A DNA stretch of 32,000 bases. Origin: Wolbachia endosymbiont of Cimex lectularius (lineage in GTDB: Bacteria; Pseudomonadota; Alphaproteobacteria; Rickettsiales; Anaplasmataceae). Below the pieces are notes generated by a model. The model saw only the letters and a list, made by a program, of their open reading frames with translations. It did no database searches and had not been told where the DNA came from. The position numbers and the translations under genes are program-made. Positions 17,117 to 25,359 of this stretch are shown in pieces (positions within the stretch are counted from its first letter, which is position 1; each line of letters starts with the position of its first letter). The DNA is taken from assembly GCF_000829315.1 (NCBI RefSeq), contig NZ_AP013028.1, positions 270,001 to 302,000 of the forward strand, in the 5' to 3' direction.

Positions 17117-17959
17117 CTACTTATAATATTGAAAATTGTGCTGCTGAGCAAGTTCAAAACCAGGTACATAGGGTTCACCACGGAAATTTACAATATTGTG
17201 GAATTTGTTTTTACAAGTTGAAAATGTTTTATCGCAACCTGCGAGTATTGAATATTTATCCCCAACAGAAATTTGATATGGAGGCGAAGTAAATAATGTG
17301 ACTACTTTATTTCTGTGTTCCTTCACTATACCTTCAAACGCTGCGTGTGTTGCTGAATCAAAGAACTTCACTACTCCGTGCTTATAATATCCATCGCTCT
17401 CAGTTAAATTAGTGTCTTCGAATCTTCTTTCATCTATTACTTTAGTAATCGTGCTTATTCTACTGAACTTTTTAGCATCGGCTTTACACCTACCATCGCA
17501 AAATTGTGCTCTGCATACAGGGGAATATAATTCTGCTATGCTCCTCTCAAGCTTTGTCGCGAGCCCTCTAGTTTCAACAACAAATCTCCCGTTATTTAAA
17601 GTTACTTTACCGAAAGTTCCCAGGTGCAGATTCATCGTTCCCTGGTTCAAATCCTTGTAATTCACAAGAACTACTTCAATTTTTGCGAAGTCATACTTTC
17701 CCGACAAGACATCTTCTTCTTTAATGTCATCGTTATTTAATATTCCCTCAATTTCTAGGTTATCAGTCTTTAAGTCGCTGTTTAATATTATGCTACTAGC
17801 TGTAAATCCACTTGAAGATTTGTAGAGTATATTACCAATACTCAAATCTTCATCGTAATCAGTGAATCCCATTACTTTTCCACCTGCAAGCGTTAATTTC
17901 CAGCATGTAGCAATGGTAAGTAACTCTCCAGCTAAATGGTTTTTCAATGTGGTTTGCAT
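17117..17959 (-). CDS. phage/GTA tail-tip protein homologue (DUF2163 / BR0599 family, lambda gpL-like)
   Basis: 280 aa with a strong SD (AGGAGG) before the ATG. Family-typical blocks TIATCWKLTL..GFTDYDEDL, DNLEIEGIL, YSPVCRAQFCDGRC and AGCDKTFSTCKNKFHNIVNFRGEPYVPG. Confidence 0.7.
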   Translation of the reverse strand: MQTTLKNHLAGELLTIATCWKLTLAGGKVMGFTDYDEDLSIGNILYKSSSGFTASSIILNSDLKTDNLEIEGILNNDDIKEEDVLSGKYDFAKIEVVLVNYKDLNQGTMNLHLGTFGKVTLNNGRFVVETRGLATKLERSIAELYSPVCRAQFCDGRCKADAKKFSRISTITKVIDERRFEDTNLTESDGYYKHGVVKFFDSATHAAFEGIVKEHRNKVVTLFTSPPYQISVGDKYSILAGCDKTFSTCKNKFHNIVNFRGEPYVPGFELAQQHNFQYYK

Positions 17960-18047
17960 AGGTGCCTCCTATTTAATTGATTGAATTTGAAAACGGCAGA
18001 TAGATAAGTGGTTATCCCAGTTTTACCCATTATCTGAGTAGCTATAA

Positions 18048-18250
18048 GGTGTCATTCCAGTGCGTGACACTGGAATCCAGCCCTTCTGCAATCTCACTGA
18101 AAACATTTTTTAGCATAAGTTAGCTACTTTTATACTAGTTTGCTTGCTTACAAGCAAACTTTCCTGGATCCCAGTATCTGAGCACTGGGATGACATCCTC
18201 CTGGTAGAAAATGTTCGTACAGTTGTGCATCACACACTGGAATGATACCC
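18048..18250. repeat. MITE-like palindromic repeat element (copy 1)
   Basis: Hairpin modules ggtgtcattccagtgcgtgacactggaatcc, cctggatcccagtatctgagcactgggatgacatcc and aatgttcgtacagttgtgcatcacacactggaatgataccc. It is collinear with 30888-31085. Confidence 0.75.
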
Positions 18251-18333
18251 TATGTTGATTTGATCAACAAATAAGCACTGAACATCAACAGACAGGACAT
18301 ACACCACATTCAATTGTGGTGTATGTTAGCCAA

Positions 18334-20778
18334 CTAGAAAGAAAACTTCACGCCAGTGAGGAAGAGAACCCCTTTGTTAGAAGGTGCTACATCTGTACCA
18401 CTACCTGCTTTCGTAATCTTATAACTATCAGCTTGCTTCTCGTCAGTCATAAAGTAATGAAGGGCTGCATAAGGAACAAATTTGCTCTTACTGCAAGTAG
18501 GAGAGAGATCATATTGAACACCAAGTGCAACATCATGGAGCTTATCTCCATCATTCATTGTGCTACCAAAGTACGTCAAGCTTGTGTAGAAGCTCTCATA
18601 TTGATAACCAGCACCCGCAGTCCAATACATGGTATCCTTCTCAAACTGCTTTAAGCCTTCTTTTTTGTCATTATCGGTAATATCTTTATATCCACTAGGG
18701 TCAAGTTCCTTGATGTTCTTTGGTTGGCCAGATTTGCCCAAATATGCAAAAGAGGCAGCAAGTTTTACGCTTTGATCTTCGTTGATCTTATAGTCAGCGC
18801 TCACACCCAAATTAACGCCCATCAGGTCGTTGTATTCCACAAATTCCTTATAAAGATGCTTATCTTTATTTGGCTCCTTTGCTTTACCATATTCACCAAC
18901 CACAGAAGTTTTGACTTTTATATTATGCTGACTAAAGTCATACTCATATAACGCGCCAGCACTTATTATGTGCTCATAATCTGGACCGATGTGTCTTATA
19001 GCTGAGTCTGCTGCACCGTCATACAGCATTTTATTTACAACTTTGTCAAGAAATTGCTTTTCTACTGCAGTTTTAACATCAGTAGTAGTAGGCCCATCAT
19101 TTAAAAGTTTACTGACCGTTTCTTTTAATTTTTCAACGAACTGATCTTTAGTGCCACCCGCTGTGTTTAATGTTGGCTCCAGGGTTATAAGCTTAGCTTT
19201 CATTGCAGTACCGTCTCCAGGCTTTGTTACAGCAGTGATGCTACTAGGGAAATCGGTTATTCCATACTTAGCATAACCAGTAGGAGCAGTTCCTTCACCA
19301 ATTGCAGGTAAGATTTTAACTGCTTCATCAAGAGCTGCTGCTTTTTCAGCTTGAGTAGCAGCACTGCCAGCAAACGTCACGTTCTTGACCAAATCATTAA
19401 TTGCGTCGTCTGCTGATTTATATTTTTTACCACTAATTTCAGTCCCGCTATTAAATTTAAGCTTACTAGCATCAACAAATGCACTGGTAATATTATCAAT
19501 TTCCGCTTTAAAAGGACTAGCATTCATACTATCACTTACACTAAACAAACTACTCTCATAGCGAGGTGAATAGCTGACGCCAAACTTTGCGCCCATGTAA
19601 CTTGGTGAATAGTAAGCGATTCTAAATGGCAGTGTAGTCAGAACACCTTTGTTATACTTTCCAGCCATGCGGAAAGAGAACCTTTCGCTTTCACTTGAGA
19701 AGCTTTCAGTGTAAAGACGTGGTGTTACATAAAATGGAAAGCTCGCAGCGCTTCCTTCTAAGTTCACTTTTCTGAACCAGTCACTATCTGCAGCTCCGTC
19801 AACAGTTGCAATTCTTGTTGCATCAAGCCTCATTAGAGCTTCAGGACCGAACTGGTAGCCAAGTTTCAGATCACCATATTTTGAATTCAAAAACACATGT
19901 GCACTTCTGCTTCTTGCTGCATTCACACCTTGTGAAGCTCCTTTGCCCTCTGTCACTGGAACGTGGAATTGTACATCAGCACCATAAAGAAGACCTAAAT
20001 CTTCATTTTTGTTTTCAGCTCTTAAGTGCAATATCGCATCTGCAATCATGCCCATGTCTTCGCTATAATCACCGATGTTTCCTATTCCTCCAGGAAATAA
20101 TGGATTTGCCCCTTTTATTTTATCAGGCTCAATTTTATAGTAGTCTACAGACTTGCCTGCCTTAATGTTATAGCGTTTATAATCTTCGCCATCTGGCCCT
20201 GCTTTACCATAACCTTTGGCATCAACAACGCCACCGAAAGTGATTCTCAAACCACTTGCTCCTTGGTTGGTGTCAGTAATATCAACGCCACCAACTGAGA
20301 CAACAGGACTGGCTTTGCCTTTTTCCTCTATGTTTTTATTAACAGCTTTAGCCTCAATTTTAGCTTTCTGAGTTTTAGAACTCTTAGTTTTTGAACTTTC
20401 TATATTAGAGTTCTTAACATTGAGAGTTTTTGCTTTTGAATCCTTTGCAAGTTTCGCTTGTTCCTTGCTAGCTAGCTTTGCCTCCTCTTTTTTCTTTTTC
20501 TCAGCTAGCTCCTCTTTTCTCTTTTTCCCGGCCGTTAGCTTCAGTTCCTCTTTTTTCTTAAGCTCTTCAGCTTTCTTTTTTGGATCAGCATTACATATCC
20601 TGTCCATTTTCTCTTTTAGTTTTTTATTTGATGTTTTCATAACTTCCATTTTTCCAGAAGTTACTGCGCTCTCTTGCTTTTTTATACTTTCATCAGAAAA
20701 GTCAGCAGCAAAACCGCCGAAAGAACATAAAGTCAATAAGGAAGCTAGAGCAGTTCTAGTGTAGGTAGATTGTTTCAT
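18334..20778 (-). CDS. large outer-membrane surface protein, WSP/Omp-1 (surface antigen) family beta-barrel with Lys/Glu-rich N-terminal extension
   Basis: 814 aa. Signal peptide MKQSTYTRTALASLLTLCSFGGFA. K/E-rich low-complexity region (KKKAEELKKKEELK..AEKKKKEEAKLASKEQAKLAK). Alternating beta-strand pattern and C-terminal LFLTGVKFSF with terminal Phe. Confidence 0.7.
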   Translation of the reverse strand: MKQSTYTRTALASLLTLCSFGGFAADFSDESIKKQESAVTSGKMEVMKTSNKKLKEKMDRICNADPKKKAEELKKKEELKLTAGKKRKEELAEKKKKEEAKLASKEQAKLAKDSKAKTLNVKNSNIESSKTKSSKTQKAKIEAKAVNKNIEEKGKASPVVSVGGVDITDTNQGASGLRITFGGVVDAKGYGKAGPDGEDYKRYNIKAGKSVDYYKIEPDKIKGANPLFPGGIGNIGDYSEDMGMIADAILHLRAENKNEDLGLLYGADVQFHVPVTEGKGASQGVNAARSRSAHVFLNSKYGDLKLGYQFGPEALMRLDATRIATVDGAADSDWFRKVNLEGSAASFPFYVTPRLYTESFSSESERFSFRMAGKYNKGVLTTLPFRIAYYSPSYMGAKFGVSYSPRYESSLFSVSDSMNASPFKAEIDNITSAFVDASKLKFNSGTEISGKKYKSADDAINDLVKNVTFAGSAATQAEKAAALDEAVKILPAIGEGTAPTGYAKYGITDFPSSITAVTKPGDGTAMKAKLITLEPTLNTAGGTKDQFVEKLKETVSKLLNDGPTTTDVKTAVEKQFLDKVVNKMLYDGAADSAIRHIGPDYEHIISAGALYEYDFSQHNIKVKTSVVGEYGKAKEPNKDKHLYKEFVEYNDLMGVNLGVSADYKINEDQSVKLAASFAYLGKSGQPKNIKELDPSGYKDITDNDKKEGLKQFEKDTMYWTAGAGYQYESFYTSLTYFGSTMNDGDKLHDVALGVQYDLSPTCSKSKFVPYAALHYFMTDEKQADSYKITKAGSGTDVAPSNKGVLFLTGVKFSF

Positions 20779-21089
20779 GAAGTGCCCCCAAAAAATTTCA
20801 AAATCATTATCTTAAACGTAAATAGTACAAAAATGTTGAAAGTTCAACTTAAAGCAACCTTATAGCTGAAACAAAAGTAAAATGCAACATCTTAAGAACA
20901 ACTTTTTTAATATCCCTAGCGTGCATATTAACTAAAACTTAGCACAGAGGTTTGCCTGTTGCCCGCATTATAACTCTACTGCTCACTCTGCGGAAGTAAA
21001 AATTTTCCATGATAAAATAACAAATATAGTTAAGAATAAAAAGTTTCCGTAAAATACTTTAACATTTATTAAAATATTAAAAATAACTG

Positions 21090-21118
21090 TTGACAATAGT
21101 ATAGTTAATTTATTTAAT
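21090..21118 (+). promoter_or_regulatory. sigma70-like promoter candidate for the lipase gene
   Basis: TTGACA (21090-21095), 17-nt spacer, TTTAAT (21113-21118). GAGGT lies 8 nt before ATG 21138. Confidence 0.35.
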
Positions 21119-21137
21119 AAGTATTGAGGTATTTTAT

Positions 21138-22338
21138 ATGGATTTTAGTTTTCTACGCAATTGGCTTGGTATCACAAACACCAGTACAAGCGACGTAAGT
21201 TCAATACCAGGCAATGATAACGGAGTAGAAGAATATAACGATGAATTTGAAATCCTTGAAGATTATGAATTTATAAATCCTCGTGATCCAAGTGAAGTAC
21301 ATTCTTTGCCTGATCAAACAGGTGAGAGTGTTGTAGAAATTGCAGGATTCAATAAAGAGAAATTATTGGAAATGAGTAATTTCTGTAAAATAAGCTATGG
21401 TAATAATGACGAGAACTAGGCAAAAAAAACTTTAGAGCTTTAGCTTATGATGATAGTCTTTCTAGCAGAAATGAAGAAGATTTTGTAATCCTTAAAAATG
21501 AAAAAATGTATAAAGCTAGAGCTGAGCTTACTCGCGAAGGTTATGAAATTATTCCATTTGGTAATAGCTTCGAAGAAGATGCTGGTCATGTCTTCATAAA
21601 AGGTAAAGAAATAACAATAGCTTATCACGGTACTCGTTTTAAGCACGGCTTGTGGGGCTTAAATGATGTAATCACTGATTTAAATGCATCTTTTACGACT
21701 TCAGAACTTTTACCCGAAGGTGGAAGAGTTCATCGTGGTTTCTATAACTCATTCACAGATTCATGGCCTAACCTTTATGGTATTTTAAAGTCTCATGCCG
21801 AAAAACAAGGGTCAAAAATTAAAGATTTTAAGATTAATCTCACAGGTCATAGTATGGGAGGAGCTGTTGCTAAAATAGCTGCTTTGTGTCTCAACAAAAC
21901 AGAGGAGGCTAAAGATATTCATGTTGCAACTTTTGGTGATCCGAGAGTTTTTGATCTTACTGCTAGTGAAATTTACAATGATGCTCTTCAAGAAACAACT
22001 ATAAGAGTAACTCAGCATAGGCAAGATCCAGTGCCAGCAGTATCACCTGGTTCGTTTGGTTATGCGCATGTAGGCGCACAACTAAGAGTAGCAGTACCAG
22101 AAGGATATTCTTTTCATAAAACAGATGGTTATCACGAAGCTATTTATAGAACAGATGAAAGGGAGTTCCAATCAAACAATGGCGTGTCCCTCTTTTACTA
22201 TCCTTCAAAAATGCTAGGACGAATTAACTCTGCGGTTTTAGGTAATGCTCAATATTACGCTGCTCATTTATTAGGGTATGCTTTCGGTCAATCAAACTTT
22301 TTTGAAGAAGTGAAGAGTAAGTATGAAAATCCTTCTAA
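21138..22338 (+). pseudogene. class 3 (triacylglycerol) lipase family protein, frameshifted and IS-interrupted (5' portion)
   Basis: Nucleophile elbow GHSMGG plus IAYHGT and FGDPRV blocks. ORF 21138-21419 and ORF 21506-22375 are joined by a frame that is open only between 21410 and 21419, so a 1-nt frameshift lies there. The IS is inserted after codon ..YENPSK. Confidence 0.75.
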
Positions 22339-24062
22339 GAACCTGTTTAAAATCTTCGTAACAGGAGAGAAATGAAGGAGAGGACTATCATCTGTAAGCT
22401 AGTGTTGAGCTTCCGCTCGCAATTTTTCCACAATCGCCTGCACTTTTCTAACCAGGCAAAAGAGCGTTCAACAACCCATCTTTTTGGCAATACGACGAAA
22501 GTGTGTAACTCACTTCGCTTTATTACTTCAACAGTCGCACCAATGATAGCTTTTATTTGTGTTGCAAAATTTTCTCCTGTGTAGCCAGCATCAACCAGTA
22601 TGTTTTTAACTTCAGAGAGGTTTGCTTTAGCATTTTCGACCATTTTCACAGCACTGCTACGGTCAGTTGCTTCTGCCGTTGTTACATAAATTGCATGTGG
22701 CAAACCTTGTGTATCAACTGCAATATGGCGCTTTATCCCTGAAATCTTTTTACCTGCATCATAGCCTTTTTTTTTCAGCAGTATCTGCGTTTTTAACGCT
22801 TTGAGAATCAATTATACAAAAGCTAGTTTTCTCTTTCCGACCATTGCTGATACGGACCTCTCCAACTAATTTTTTTTAAGAACCTGTTTAAAATCTTGGA
22901 AATGTGAGGTAAAGTAAGCATAGATTAATAATGAGGTGTCTATGCAGAAAAGTTATCCAAGTAATATAAGTCAAGAGCAGTTTGAAAAAATCAGGCCAAT
23001 TTTGGAGAGTAGCAAGCAGAAAACAAAACCAAGAAAACTTGATTTGTATGACGTATTTTGTGGGGTGTTGTACGTCTTAAAAAGTGGTTGTCAGTGGAGG
23101 ATGTTACCAAAGGGTTTTCCAAGATGGGAAAGCGTATATTACTATTTTCGAGTGTGGAGTAAAAAGAATGGAGAAGAGCCAAGCTTGTTGGAATTAGTCT
23201 TAAAAAAAATTAGTTGGAGAGGTCCGTATCAGCAATGGTCGGAAAGAGAAAACTAGCTTTTGTATAATTGATTCTCAAAGCGTTAAAAACGCAGATACTG
23301 CTGAAAAAAAAGGCTATGATGCAGGTAAAAAGATTTCAGGGATAAAGCGCCATATTGCAGTTGATACACAAGGTTTGCCACATGCAATTTATGTAACAAC
23401 GGCAGAAGCAACTGACCGTAGCAGTGCTGTGAAAATGGTCGAAAATGCTAAAGCAAACCTCTCTGAAGTTAAAAACATACTGGTTGATGCTGGCTACACA
23501 GGAGAAAATTTTGCAACACAAATAAAAGCTATCATTGGTGCGACTGTTGAAGTAATAAAGCGAAGTGAGTTACACACTTTCGTTGTATTGCCAAAAAGAT
23601 GGGTTGTTGAACGCTCTTTTGCCTGGTTAGAAAAGTGCAGGCGATTGTGGAAAAATTGCGAGCGGAAGCTCAACACTAGCTTACAGATGATAGTCCTCTC
23701 CTTCATTTCTCTCCTGTTACGAAGATTTTAAACAAGTTCTAAGACTAATTCCAACAAGCTTGGCTCTTCTCCATTCTTTTTACTCCACACTCGAAAATAG
23801 TAATATACGCTTTCCCATCTTGGAAAACCCTTTGGTAACATCCTCCACTGACAACCACTTTTTAAGACGTACAACACCCCACAAAATACGTCATACAAAT
23901 CAAGTTTTCTTGGTTTTGTTTTCTGCTTGCTACTCTCCAAAATTGGCCTGATTTTTTCAAACTGCTCTTGACTTATATTACTTGGATAACTTTTCTGCAT
24001 AGACACCTCATTATTAATCTATGCTTACTTTACCTCACATTTCCAAGATTTTAAACAGGTTC
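22339..24062 (-). mobile_element. IS5-family copy (outer, 861 bp of its own sequence) split by insertion of another copy
   Basis: Own termini at 22339 and 24062 with TAA direct repeats (22336-22338 / 24063-24065). Its sequence is 22339-22879 plus 23743-24062. Second homopolymer T9 (22767-22775). Confidence 0.9.
22880..23739 (+). mobile_element. IS5-family copy D (inner, 860 bp), apparently intact
   Basis: Termini GAACCTGTTTAAAATCTTGG.. / ..GATTTTAAACAAGTTC (one IR mismatch). TAA direct repeats 22877-22879 / 23740-23742. orfA 22936-23256. A8 at 23202-23209 and A8 at 23304-23311. Confidence 0.9.
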
Positions 24063-24065
24063 TAA

Positions 24066-24171
24066 GACTAAGCAAGCAGAGGGTAAATATGAAAACCCTT
24101 CTCTTGAGCAAGTAAAAGTTGAGTCACATAAAGACTTTTCACCTGCTGTGGTTGGCGTAGCAGGTGGTTAA
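24066..24171 (+). pseudogene. 3' remnant of the interrupted lipase gene
   Basis: After removing the IS and one TAA copy, the frame continues ..PSK|TKQAEGKYENPSLEQVKVESHKDFSPAVVGVAGG* and ends at TAA 24169-24171. Confidence 0.7.
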
Positions 24172-24192
24172 TGGAGCAATGCTCCATTAACC
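24166..24192 (+). terminator. perfect 12-bp hairpin spanning the lipase stop codon
   Basis: GGTTAATGGAGC-aat-GCTCCATTAACC. No U-tract follows, so a terminator function is uncertain. Confidence 0.3.
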
Positions 24193-24519
24193 CTTATATA
24201 TATAGCCCTTCTTATGATAATCCAAACAAAACAAAGGATGGATCTTACAGTAACTGGATACCAACAACATATGGTTATCGGACGGAAGGGCTATAGATCC
24301 TAGCGTTACGCACTGAAGCAATAAAAGCTACTCCACCTTTATTACCGCCTAAAAGTAACTAGCTACAGGCACCATAGCGTTAAGCTACTTCTACTATATC
24401 TAATTAAGCATATTAGTAGGTAAATGAATTTTAATATAATCTGATTATACTTATAAATACGCTGTATAGAATGAAAGCATGGAAGATTTTATAACGCAAG
24501 AAGGAAAGATGATGCTGTG

Positions 24520-25284
24520 ATGTCTGTTTGTCAGGATAACAGGAGAAAAACTGTATTAATTTCAGGGCTCAATCAAGCTGCAAGGGATTTGTTAAAATAT
24601 GAGAAAGAGAGTTTACTCAATAAGCCATTAATCAATATTTTAAGTGCAAGAGCAGCTGACGATGTGAGAAATTATTTAGAGTATGCCGAGGATGGATATG
24701 ATTTACTTGACATATTGCCTAAAGTGATAGGTTTTTCCTTAATTAACTCTAAAGGAGAGGATATCAAGACAAAAGTAAAAGTTTTTCGCACCATGCAATT
24801 CACTAATGACAAGATTAATTATGAGCTGTTGATACGCGACATCAGCTTACTTCATAAGCTAGGAATATTTAGGGATGAATATCTAATGGGTAAAAAGTAC
24901 AAAAACCACGACTTATTTGTTATACCAGACAATGAATCCTCTATTCTAGAGCTGCGTGCTACATCAAATTTCGCTCTGCAACATCAAATTAGTATGGCTG
25001 TGGGAGTTATTGGTTTCGATAGTAACTGTGAAGAGACGAACGATGCACTGAAAGTTGTTATAGAGCACTTTCACAAAAATTGCCGCAGTGATGATTTTTT
25101 AGGGTATATTGGTGAAAATAAAGTGCTCTTTATCTTATTTAACTGTAATACAGAAGACACACCTAAAGTAATTGATCGTATACATTCTGCTATCAATAAG
25201 CAGCTATTAAAACAAAGATTACCCCGTGTGTCAGTAATTTATGGAAGTATAGCTCAAAAACTAGCTGCACAGTACAAAATCTAA
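24520..25284 (+). CDS. PAS-like plus degenerate GGDEF-like domain protein
   Basis: The N-terminal segment VLISGLNQAARDLLKYEKESLLNKPLINILS..YELLIRDIS resembles a PAS fold. The C-terminal segment ISMAVGVIGFDSNCEETNDALKVVIEHFHKNCRSDDFLGYIGENKVLFILF parallels the GGDEF-domain core, with IGENK in place of GGDEF. GTG 24517 is an alternative start. Confidence 0.45.
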   Translation: MSVCQDNRRKTVLISGLNQAARDLLKYEKESLLNKPLINILSARAADDVRNYLEYAEDGYDLLDILPKVIGFSLINSKGEDIKTKVKVFRTMQFTNDKINYELLIRDISLLHKLGIFRDEYLMGKKYKNHDLFVIPDNESSILELRATSNFALQHQISMAVGVIGFDSNCEETNDALKVVIEHFHKNCRSDDFLGYIGENKVLFILFNCNTEDTPKVIDRIHSAINKQLLKQRLPRVSVIYGSIAQKLAAQYKI

Positions 25285-25359
25285 TATTTTATGTAAAAAA
25301 GTTGTCTTTTGTCTATATTGGATTTAAACTTAAATTTTTATAAAAGTTTAAGTTCATTC

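Noticed and set aside
16927-17221. ORFs 16927-17181 (-) and 16946-17221 (+)
   Set aside because: They run through the tRNA-Ser gene and the ends of flanking genes, so they are not credible.
18316-20764. Plus-strand ORFs opposite the 814-aa OMP gene (18316-18654, 18724-18951, 19806-20165, 20420-20764)
   Set aside because: Shadow ORFs. The 20420-20764 product is the low-complexity S/F mirror of the K/E-rich region.
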